Assembly: GCA_965248735.1 (NCBI GenBank)
Contig: OZ252146.1
Location: forward strand, 3,505,605 to 3,569,604
DNA from: Candidatus Aldehydirespirator sp.
GTDB taxonomy: Bacteria > Actinomycetota > Acidimicrobiia > Acidimicrobiales > Aldehydirespiratoraceae
DNA: 64,000 bases
Reading direction: 5' to 3'
Each line of letters opens with the position of its first letter. Position 1 is the stretch's first letter. A model generated the notes under the pieces. It did no database searches, was not told the origin of the DNA, and saw only the letters and a list, made by a program, of their open reading frames with translations. Below are positions 23,954 to 32,800 of the stretch, piece by piece. Both the position numbers and the translations under genes were made by a program.

Positions 23954-24904
23954 TTATCCCTCCGGGAATTGGTGGTTGCTGTTTATTTTTCCGCTGCCCG
24001 CACCGGCGGGCACCAGACCTTGCAGGAACTCTCGACTTAGATCGGCGTTGCGTCTGAGCCAGGCAACCGCGGAGAGGTCGCCGTCCGCGATGGCTGCGTC
24101 CTGCTCCAGGACGTACCAAAGGTCTCGTCCTGACTCTTCGAGGCGGGTGACGACCTCTGCGATCGCCACCTCTCCTCGACCCAGCGGCGGGAACAGGCCG
24201 CGCTGCACGGCCTGCATGAGCGACAACTCTCCCGCCGTCAAACGCGCCCTCAGCGCGGGATCCACGTCCTTGAGGTGGACGAGGCCCACGCGGTGCGCGT
24301 AGCGATCCAACAGTCCCACCACATCGGTCCCGCCGAGCGTCAGGTGGGCGGTGTCCAGCACGACCGAGACCCCGGAGCCCCGCAGGACCCGGGCGAGCTC
24401 GGCGTCAGTCTCCACCAACGACCCGAAATGGGAGTGGTACACCTGCTGCAGTCCATGCTCGGCCGCGACGCGGTCGATCTCGGCCAGAGACCGGCAGAGC
24501 ACCGCCCATTCGGTGTCGGTCAACGGCGCCTGGCGCCATTCGTCTTGATGGCTGACGGCGCAGCTGACGAAGAACTGCCCTCCGGCCCCGGCGATGAGCT
24601 CGGCCCAACGATGCGCCGCGTCCCGGGCCGCCTCGGCGCGGCCGGGATCGTGCAGGACCAGCGGCACGAATCCCCCCAGCAGGCTCAGGCCGTGGCGGAC
24701 GAGAGTCTGGCGCAGCGCCACCGGCTGCGTCGGCAGGTAGCCGAGGGCTCCCAACTCGGTGTGGGTGAAGCCGGCATCGGCCATCTCGGCCAGAACCCTG
24801 TCGACGGGAAGCTGGTACCCCCAGCCCGGCACTTCGCACACGCCCCAACTGATGGGCGCGGTGGCCACCCGATCAAGGAGCGCCGTGCGCGTCGCGGTCG
24901 TCAT
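23954..24904 (-). CDS. iolE: xylose-isomerase-like TIM-barrel protein, probable inosose dehydratase
   Basis: APISWGVCEVPGW start and sugar-phosphate isomerase/epimerase-type sequence. First gene of the iol operon. Confidence 0.75.
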   Translation of the reverse strand: MTTATRTALLDRVATAPISWGVCEVPGWGYQLPVDRVLAEMADAGFTHTELGALGYLPTQPVALRQTLVRHGLSLLGGFVPLVLHDPGRAEAARDAAHRWAELIAGAGGQFFVSCAVSHQDEWRQAPLTDTEWAVLCRSLAEIDRVAAEHGLQQVYHSHFGSLVETDAELARVLRGSGVSVVLDTAHLTLGGTDVVGLLDRYAHRVGLVHLKDVDPALRARLTAGELSLMQAVQRGLFPPLGRGEVAIAEVVTRLEESGRDLWYVLEQDAAIADGDLSAVAWLRRNADLSREFLQGLVPAGAGSGKINSNHQFPEG

Positions 24905-24994
24905 GCTGCGCACGCGGCTGGCCCTCGGCATGTATCGGGCTTAGCTTCCCCCACCGGCATGCCCCATTTCCCCCTCACCGACTCAACCTAGGGT

Positions 24995-25021
24995 TTGGAG
25001 CGCTCTAATAGAGCGCTCCAA
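24995..25021. promoter_or_regulatory. 27-bp perfect palindrome, candidate LacI-family operator (iol promoter side)
   Basis: TTGGAGCGCTCTA-A-TAGAGCGCTCCAA. The 13-nt arms are exact reverse complements. It lies 91 nt upstream of the iolE start. Confidence 0.6.
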
Positions 25022-25145
25022 CGGTCTACCGCGCCGGCTGCGGTGTGTCAAGCCGCACCTCGTCGGCTGACACGAGCCGCTCAAGGCCTGCGAGCCTGCG
25101 ACAGCTAGGAGGCCGCGTCGCGGTCTCATCCGCCTGCGCATTGCC

Positions 25146-25159
25146 TTGGAGCGCTCCAA
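25146..25159. promoter_or_regulatory. 14-bp perfect palindrome, candidate LacI-family operator (regulator side)
   Basis: TTGGAGCGCTCCAA, 51 nt upstream of the LacI-family gene start. Same half-site as 24995-25021. Confidence 0.6.
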
Positions 25160-25209
25160 AGCTCTATTGTTGCCCGCTATGGCGCATCGAGCCGCTGGCC
25201 GGAGCTGAC

Positions 25210-26223
25210 ATGGGCCGCCCGACCATGGAAGACGTGGCCGAGCGGGCGAACGTGTCGCGCGCCCTCGTGTCGCTGGTGATGAACAACTCGCCGCAGGTGT
25301 CCGACGAGAAGCGGCGCTCGGTGCTGCGCGCCGCCCGCGAACTCGGCTACCGGCCCAACCTGATAGCCCGCAACCTCGCGCAGCAGCGCACGCACACCAT
25401 CGGCGTGCTAGTCGACGACCTGCGCAACCCGTTCTTCGGAGAGGTCGTCGACGGGATCGAGGCGGAGGCCGCGGAACACGGCCTCCGAGTGCTCATACTC
25501 AACGGCCACCGCGACCTGCAGCGCGAGCTGGCCGCGGTGGAGACCCTCCTGCAGTTCCGGGTTGAGGGGATGGCGCTGGTCGGACCCCGCATCGGAGAGA
25601 ACGACCTGGTCCGCATCGGCGGATCCGCTCCCTGCGTGGTGGTGGCATCCGGCACGGCCCATCCCGGCGTCGACACCGTGGGAACCGACGGTCGCCGGGG
25701 AGCCGAACTGGCGGTGGAGCACCTGGCGGCGCTGGGCCACCGGCGGATCGTCCACCTGGACGGCGCGGCCAACGTGTCCGCTGCGGAGCGCCGAGCCGGC
25801 TACCGCTCCGGCATGCGGACCGCGGGCCTCGGCGACCTCATCGACATCCGCCCTGCCGGCGACGACGAGGCCGACGCGCTCGCAGTGATCGACGAGCTGC
25901 TGGCTGAGAACGATCCACCGACCGCCATCTTCGCATTCAATGATCTGCTCGCCGCCGGCGCGCTCGACCGGCTCGACGACGCGGGCCTGGCCGTGCCCGG
26001 CGACATGTCCCTGGTCGGATTCGACAACACCTTCATCTCCGCCCTGCGCCATTTCTCGCTCACCACGATCAACCAGCCCACCCTCTCGATGGGCCGACTG
26101 ACGGTCACGACGCTGGTCGAACGCATCTCCGGTGGCCCCGGCGAGCCGATCCGCCATACGCTCGAGCCGGAACTGGTGGTGCGGGGCACCACCGGACCGC
26201 CGCCGGAGGGGGGACCCCGATGA
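25210..26223 (+). CDS. LacI family transcriptional regulator (likely iol repressor)
   Basis: N-terminal HTH PTMEDVAERANVSRALVSLVMNN followed by a periplasmic-binding-fold effector domain. Divergent from the iol operon. Confidence 0.9.
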   Translation: MGRPTMEDVAERANVSRALVSLVMNNSPQVSDEKRRSVLRAARELGYRPNLIARNLAQQRTHTIGVLVDDLRNPFFGEVVDGIEAEAAEHGLRVLILNGHRDLQRELAAVETLLQFRVEGMALVGPRIGENDLVRIGGSAPCVVVASGTAHPGVDTVGTDGRRGAELAVEHLAALGHRRIVHLDGAANVSAAERRAGYRSGMRTAGLGDLIDIRPAGDDEADALAVIDELLAENDPPTAIFAFNDLLAAGALDRLDDAGLAVPGDMSLVGFDNTFISALRHFSLTTINQPTLSMGRLTVTTLVERISGGPGEPIRHTLEPELVVRGTTGPPPEGGPR

Positions 26224-26254
26224 ACGACGGCACTGCCCAATCGGCCGTCTGAAG

Positions 26255-26860
26255 ATGCTCGACCATGTCTTCACCGACGCCATCGGCGCCCTGCGCGACG
26301 CCTTCGAGGACGCGCTGCTGGAGCGGCAGGCGGGCGAGGAGCGATTCCAGACCGACGTGCTGGCAGGCGACGTCTCCTGGGAGAACTCCTACGCCCTGCC
26401 CGGGGAGGGGCAGCCGCCCCGGGTGTGCGCCGACGTCAGCTGCGTGTGGCCCACATGGTCGCAGGCGGCCTACCTGAGCTGGTACGCGGGGGACGGCTAC
26501 GTCGAGCCGCCGCGCATCGAGATCAAGATCCTGCTGCGGGCCCAGTGCCTGGCCGAGGCCCCCGCGCCGGCCATGGTCCTCGACGTGCTGCCCCCGGCGA
26601 GCCCCAACATCGGCGGCGAGCCGCTCACACGGGGCGGTCCGAGGGGCGAGTCGATCTATGCCGAGGATCTCGACGACGCCGACGCGACCGAGTACGCCAT
26701 CGATGTCAACTACGAGGGTGCCTACGAGCTAGACGAGGCGGGCCTGTCCGACGGCGCCGAGCTCGACAAGGACTTCACCGCGCTGGGCGGGTGGATCGCC
26801 TCGATGCTGGTGCGTCTGGGCGACCTCGAACTGCGCTACCGGCCGGTTCTGGAGGACTGA
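26255..26860 (+). CDS. hypothetical acidic protein
   Basis: In frame with track ORF 26132..26860. Codon bias looks coding. No family recognised. Confidence 0.45.
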   Translation: MLDHVFTDAIGALRDAFEDALLERQAGEERFQTDVLAGDVSWENSYALPGEGQPPRVCADVSCVWPTWSQAAYLSWYAGDGYVEPPRIEIKILLRAQCLAEAPAPAMVLDVLPPASPNIGGEPLTRGGPRGESIYAEDLDDADATEYAIDVNYEGAYELDEAGLSDGAELDKDFTALGGWIASMLVRLGDLELRYRPVLED

Positions 26861-26883
26861 TCGCGCTTGCGGGCAAGAGCGGC

Positions 26884-27300
26884 TCACAAGCCGCGCCGCA
26901 CCTCGGGCAGGTCTTCATAGGAGGGCGGGCGGCTCTCGGACTGGGCCGCGAACGACTCGGCCAGGTCTTGGGGGTGGAACATCCCCGACTGCCACAGCGC
27001 GATGTGGCGAAGCGAGTCCTCCACCGTGTGATCACGGCTGTAATTGATGGCCTCCTTGGTGCCGTGCAGCGCCAGCGGCGACTTGGCCGCGATCTCCGCG
27101 GCGATCGCCATCGTCGCCTCCATCATCGAGTCCCGATCATCGAAGACCTCATTGACCAGGCCCAGCTGGTGGGCCCGCTCCGCCGGCATGCGCCGGCCCG
27201 TGTATGCGTACTCGCGGGCCACACCCGACGGGATGAGCTTCGGCACACGCTGCAGCGTGCCCACATCGGCGGTCATCCCGATGTTGCTTGTACCCCACGC
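26884..27300 (-). pseudogene. 3' fragment of an enoyl-CoA hydratase/isomerase (crotonase) gene
   Basis: Only the C-terminal part of the fold is present (MTADVGTLQRVPKLI...GLVNEVF...AIAAEIAAKSPLALHGTKE). The N-terminal ~120 residues, including the oxyanion-hole region, are missing, and the TetR gene end (27339) abuts the break. Confidence 0.7.
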
Positions 27301-27338
27301 CCGCAGCGTACCCATGCGCGACACCGCCAACGGTGGGA

Positions 27339-28034
27339 TCACTCCTCGGCCGATGGCCGGTTCGGGGAAGCCGCAGGGCCCAAGGCCGCAACCAGCCGAG
27401 CAATCAACGCCTCCCAATCCGCGCTGGGTACACCGCTGTCCGACGCGGCGGAGACCACCAGGTGCATCCCCAGACCCAGGGCCTGGTAGAACGCGACAAT
27501 GGCGCGCGTGCTCAGATCCGCGTCGATGGATCCTTCGGCCTTGCCCCTGGACACGATCTCGCCGAGACGCACCGCGTCGTGCTCCATGGACCGGGCGACC
27601 GCGGCGCGGAAGTCGTTGTCGCGCCGAGCACTGACGAATGCCTCCAGCACCACGTCGCGGGCCCGGGCGCTCGGCGTGTTCACGAGACTCGAGCCCCGAG
27701 CGGCCCGCGTTTCGGTAGCCGGAATGTCGGCGGCGACCGCCAAGGGGTCCATGAACTGCGGAGCGACGTGGCCGACGGCATCAACGATCAGGGCACGCTT
27801 GCCCCGCCAGCGGGCGTAGATGGCACCGGTGGTGAGGCCGGCTCGACGGGCGATCTCTGCGACGCGGGCAGCCTCAAACCCGCGCTCGGCGAACACTTCG
27901 ACGGCGGCATCCAGCAGGCGCGTGGTCACTTCGTGCGACCGGCTGACGCCCTCCGTCGCTGGCGCGGTCTCGGAACCGGCGCCATCGATGGCGTCGGCAT
28001 CCGTTGCGGCACCATATGTTTCTGCATCATCCAC
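27339..28034 (-). CDS. TetR family transcriptional regulator
   Basis: HTH region LLDAAVEVFAERGFEAARVAEIARRAGLTTGAIYARW. GTG start. Confidence 0.85.
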   Translation of the reverse strand: MDDAETYGAATDADAIDGAGSETAPATEGVSRSHEVTTRLLDAAVEVFAERGFEAARVAEIARRAGLTTGAIYARWRGKRALIVDAVGHVAPQFMDPLAVAADIPATETRAARGSSLVNTPSARARDVVLEAFVSARRDNDFRAAVARSMEHDAVRLGEIVSRGKAEGSIDADLSTRAIVAFYQALGLGMHLVVSAASDSGVPSADWEALIARLVAALGPAASPNRPSAEE

Positions 28035-28051
28035 GGCGGCGGCAAACTGGT

Positions 28052-28064
28052 AATAACCGTTATT
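28052..28064. promoter_or_regulatory. candidate TetR operator
   Basis: AATAAC-C-GTTATT palindrome, 18 nt upstream of the TetR start, in an AT-rich spacer. Confidence 0.35.
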
Positions 28065-28219
28065 GTCTGAAATAGGCTGACACTATTTAGAATAATATTA
28101 GATGGCGTCACCGAATCCACCGCCTTGGGCGAAATCGCCGCAGGGCGCGAGTGCCTCCGGGGTACGGGGCGGGGCGAGACAACGGCGCCCAACACGACGG
28201 CGCCGACGGTGATCGGCAG

Positions 28220-28663
28220 TCAGAACCGGGCCGCGAAACGACGGAGACTGCGATCCCACACAGCCCTGAGCACCGGACGGGCCACGGCCGCGCCGAGCGA
28301 TCCGCCCATCCACCATCGGAACCGGAGCGTCTCGGTCCACTCAAACCGTGTGTGGATCTCGCCAGCCGGCTGAGGGCACGGAGAGAGCCGGAACTGCCCG
28401 GTGCCCGAGACCGCCCCGCGGTGGCGGATCCCCATGACCTCGGTGTTGCGCCACTCGGTCACCTCCATGCGGTCGATGACCCGCATCGGGCCGACTCGGG
28501 TAGCGCACTCAAAGCGCACACCGACGCCCTCAGTGGCCTCGGTGAGGAAGCGGATCGAGTAGGCGTCGCTCATCCAATCGACGTGGCGGCCGATGTGGCG
28601 CAGGTCCTCCCATACTGCCGCGGGCGCCGCGGGCACCACCGTCGAGACCCGGATCGTCGCCAC
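28220..28663 (-). CDS. SRPBCC (polyketide cyclase/dehydrase-like) family protein
   Basis: 147 aa. The start (I.VST.V.A....VW..L....) is typical of this fold family. Confidence 0.7.
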   Translation of the reverse strand: MATIRVSTVVPAAPAAVWEDLRHIGRHVDWMSDAYSIRFLTEATEGVGVRFECATRVGPMRVIDRMEVTEWRNTEVMGIRHRGAVSGTGQFRLSPCPQPAGEIHTRFEWTETLRFRWWMGGSLGAAVARPVLRAVWDRSLRRFAARF

Positions 28664-28751
28664 GCGTCGAGCCTAGGAGGCCGAGCGGATCCGACGGCGC
28701 CCCGAACCAGACGGCCCCGCGAGCCCGAGGCGGCGCCCGGAACGCCCTCGA

Positions 28752-29813
28752 TCACACGAGCCCGGCCGCGACGGCGCGCTGTGACAGCGACACCAGGGGA
28801 CGTGCGCCCACATGGCCGATCACCTCGGCCGCGGCCAGGCTTCCCAATTGTCCGCAGCGGGCCAGGGGCGCGCCCCGGCTGAGACCCCACAGGAAGCCCG
28901 CGGCGTACAGATCGCCGGCGCCGGTGGCGTCCACGACCTGCGGAACCGGGATCGCGGCGACCCCCTCCACCGTTGCGCCCTCGGCCAGAACGGAACCACG
29001 GGCGCCGCGGGTGACAACCACAGTCCGGGCCATCTCGGCCGTGCGGGCGCGGGCCGCTGACAAATCGCCGGTCGAGTGCAGGGCGCACACCTCCGCCTCG
29101 TTGGCGAACACCACATCGACGCGGTCCTCGATCAGGTCCAGCCACTCGGCGCGGTGGCGCTCCACGCAGTAGGAGTCGCTCAGGGCCAGCGCCACCGTCC
29201 GGCCGGCCTCGCCCGCAGCCTCCATGGCCACGCGGATGGCGTCCTTGGCCACTTGTACGTCCCAGAGATAGCCCTCGCAGTACGTGATCGCCGCCGAGGC
29301 CACCAGGCCCGTGTCCACGTCGGCGGGTCCCAGCAGGGCCGAGGTGCCCAGGAAGGTGTTCATGGTCCGCTCGGCATCGGGGGTCACCTGGATCAGGCAG
29401 CGGGCGGTGGGCGGGCCGTCCGGTGCCGGCGGCACGTCGAAGGCGACTCCCGTCGCCCGGATGTCGTGCACGAAGACTTCGCCCAACTGGTCGTCGCGCA
29501 CCTTGCCGATGAACCCGGCCCGGCCGCCGAAGGAGGCCACGCCGGCCATGGTGTTGGCCGCCGAGCCGCCGGAGGCCGCTATCCCGGGCGGCATGGCGTC
29601 GTACAACTCAGCTGACCTCTCGGCGCCGACCAGGGTCATGGCCCCCTTCACCAGGCCGTGGTCCGCGATGAACGACTCACCGACCGCCGCGATCACATCG
29701 ACGATTGCGTTGCCGACACCCACCGCATCGAGCACAGGTTCCAAGGGGCCTCCCCAGGGGTCGGCCCAGACAGTAGGCCGGAACCGGGCCGCTCGGCCTC
29801 TGTGCAGCCGCAA
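28752..29813 (-). CDS. PfkB-family kinase, adenosine-kinase-like
   Basis: VGVGNAIVDVIA...SGGSAANTMAGVASFGG...FIGKVRDDQLG and C-terminal TGAGDLYAAGFL. The real start is probably near 29735-29744; the track start is TTG 29813. Confidence 0.75.
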   Translation of the reverse strand: MRLHRGRAARFRPTVWADPWGGPLEPVLDAVGVGNAIVDVIAAVGESFIADHGLVKGAMTLVGAERSAELYDAMPPGIAASGGSAANTMAGVASFGGRAGFIGKVRDDQLGEVFVHDIRATGVAFDVPPAPDGPPTARCLIQVTPDAERTMNTFLGTSALLGPADVDTGLVASAAITYCEGYLWDVQVAKDAIRVAMEAAGEAGRTVALALSDSYCVERHRAEWLDLIEDRVDVVFANEAEVCALHSTGDLSAARARTAEMARTVVVTRGARGSVLAEGATVEGVAAIPVPQVVDATGAGDLYAAGFLWGLSRGAPLARCGQLGSLAAAEVIGHVGARPLVSLSQRAVAAGLV

Positions 29814-29823
29814 ACATCACAAG

Positions 29824-29879
29824 CTATGATCAATTCTGAACCTATGATGTACCATAAGTTATAATTCATCATAAGTTAT
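29824..29879 (+). promoter_or_regulatory. AT-rich candidate promoter/operator region of the giant gene
   Basis: TATAAT at 29860-29865. Direct repeats CATAAGTTAT at 29853-62 and 29870-79 (each contains the small palindrome ATAAGTTAT). CTATGAT at 29824-30 and 29842-48. The local AT content is very unlike the flanks. Confidence 0.4.
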
Positions 29880-29895
29880 CGTTGACTGGAAGTCA

Positions 29896-32800
29896 TTGTC
29901 TCTGACGTCTTGCGCAAGGAATCCGCCGGGGGGTGTGGGCGTGCGTGAGCGACCGCGCCGACAGGTGTCGGTGGCGGCGCTGCTGACCGCGGCGCTCCTG
30001 GCCGTGGCCGCGCCGACGCCTGCTCACGCCGACTCGCATCCGGTGGTGACGGTGGCTGCGGGCACGGTGCCGAACACGTTCAGCGCCACCGACGACGACC
30101 CGCACGACACCACCTGGCACTACGCGTGGATCACCGGCAGCGACCCGTGCGGGCCCTCGACCACGTTCCCGTCTGCGCAGACCTACGCCGAGGGCAACGA
30201 CGTCTCCTATGGCACCAGCAACCTCGGCCAGAGGCTGTGCTTGCGCGCCGTGGACTCCAGCAGCAACACGGGCTACGCCACGTCGGACATCGTCGACCAC
30301 CTGGCCCCACCCAGGGTCCCGTTCCGAATCGGCGAGATCATGGCCACGCCCGGCGACGAGTCGGTCACCCTCACATGGGAGGCGCCCTACGACGGCGGCT
30401 CGCCCATCACCCAATACGTAGTCCTCAGCAACCCACCAGGCGGCCTCTGCATCACCAGCGTCCCGGGCTGCACCATGACCGGGCTCGCCAACGGCACCGC
30501 CTACGACTTCGAGGTGAGCACCTTCAACGCTATTGGCTACGAAGACTCCTTCTTCCCGCTACAAGTCACACCCACCGCCGACCCACCGGCCACAGACCCA
30601 CCAGCCACAGACCCACCGGTGACCGACCCACCGGCCACAGACCCACCAGCCACAGACCCACCGGTGACCGACCCACCGGCCACAGACCCACCGGCCACAG
30701 ACCCACCGGTGACAGACCCACCAGCCACAGACCCACCGGTGACCGACCCACCAGCCACAGACCCACCGGTGACCGACCCACCAGCCACAGACCCACCGGT
30801 GACCGACCCACCAGCCACAGACCCACCGGTGACCGACCCACCAGCCACAGACCCACCGGTGACCGACCCACCAGCCACAGACCCACCGGTGACCGACCCA
30901 CCAGCCACAGACCCACCGGTGACCGACCCACCAGCCACAGACCCACCGGTGACCGACCCACCAGCCACAGACCCACCGGTGACCGACCCACCAGCCACAG
31001 ACCCACCGGTGACCGACCCACCAGCCACAGACCCACCGGTGACCGACCCACCGGTGACCGACCCACCGGCCACAGACCCACCGGCCAAAGACCCACCGGT
31101 GACCGCACCAGGCGGAAGCGGAGGCAGTGGGTCCTCGGGCGGCGACGGTGAGCGCGCCGCGCGGACTACGGAAACGACGACGCTGTCGGGCATCACCGTC
31201 GATGGGACCGCGATCCCCGACTTCGATGCGGAGCGGGACTCGTACACGGTCGGGCTCGCCAACGGCGTGGCCACCGCGACCGTGGCGGCCACACCGACCG
31301 CGAGCTCCGCCACCGTGACGTGCTCGGTCGATGCCGATGGCAATGCGGCCGGATGCCAGGTCGCGCTCACGGCGGGCGCGGGAGTCGACCTGACCCTGAC
31401 CGTGACCGATAGCTCGGCAACGATGGACTACACGCTCACGCTCAACCGCGGCCTGACCGGCACCTTCGCGTGGAAGGCGTCCGACGACATCTACGGCCTG
31501 GCCGCCGTGCTTGGAGAAAACACCAGCAGGACGAGGGGCATTTGGAGCGACGGCACCACGTTGTGGGTCGCCGACAATGACCGAAGGAATTCGAAGCTGG
31601 TCGCCTTCAACCTCGAAACCAAGGCACGACAGTCGCTCAACGACATCAACACGGGTGCGAGCGACCTTCTTCATGTGCGCAGGCCGGTGGGCGTCGCGGG
31701 AACTGACGACGGCTCGGTGCTGGTCGCCCGCAGACACAACGGACTCACTGAACAGGCCAGGATTCAAGGATTCCGTCGAAACGACGCATCAGAGTGGCAG
31801 CCCGACATCGAGGAGAGCTATGTACTGCCGTCCGATATTATTCTTGCTCCGTCAATCAGAGGCATCTGGACTCACGGAGAACGGCTGTATATCGCCGACG
31901 ATAGCTCAGACAATGCGGTCTTGGCATTCACCTGGAACTCTGACCGCTCCAACATGGTGCACGATTCCCCCGGGGACATCACTCTCGCCAGCGAGAACGA
32001 CAGTCCGGCCGGCATATGGTCCGACGGCGAGACGATATGGGTCGCCGACGCCCTGACGGAACGAATCTTTGCCCACAAGACGGTCGACGGCCAGCGTGAC
32101 ACCGCCAAGGAGTTCACCCAGAGCCACCTGACCGTGAAGGACACTCCCATCAAACCCTGGGGCATCTGGTCCGACGGCGAGACGATGTGGGTAGTCGACC
32201 GCGGCACCGCGATCGTCTACTCCTTCAACCTGCCGGTGTCGAACAACCCGGGGCTGAGTCAGCTCGAGGTTCAGCACGGGGAGGATCCTGTCGAGCTCAG
32301 TGTGGCCGAGACCACGCACACGGTGGTGCTGCCGGGCAGTCCGACCTCGACAACGTTGACGATTGCGCCGCGCAACCGCTTCGCGACCGTAGACGTCCTC
32401 CCGGCCGATGCCAACCTCAGCCTCGGCGGGTACCAGGTCGACCTGACCGGCGGCCCGGTCGAGGTCACGATCACGGTGACCGCGGCCGACGCCACAACAA
32501 GGCAGGTCTACACGGTCACGGTCGGGCCCGCGCCACTCGAGATCACGAGCGTCATCGCGACGCCCAACACCCGTCTGCTGCAGGTGAGCTGGCACGAACC
32601 GTCGAACAGCGCGACCTTGGGCGTGACCGCCTACGACTTGCGCTACGCACGCACCGACGCAGACAACCTCGAGAACGACGACCAGTGGACCGTGATCGAC
32701 GATGTCTGGACCACGGGCGGCGGCGACCTCTCCTACATCCTCAGGGGATTGACCAACGGTCAGGCCTACTACGTCCAGGTGCGCGCGGTCAACGCCCTGC

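Noticed and set aside
30126-31767. Alternative-frame and antisense ORFs across the PT repeat (341, 277, 402 and 180 aa)
   Set aside because: Periodic translations of the 15-bp repeat in the wrong frames or strand, nested in the giant ORF.
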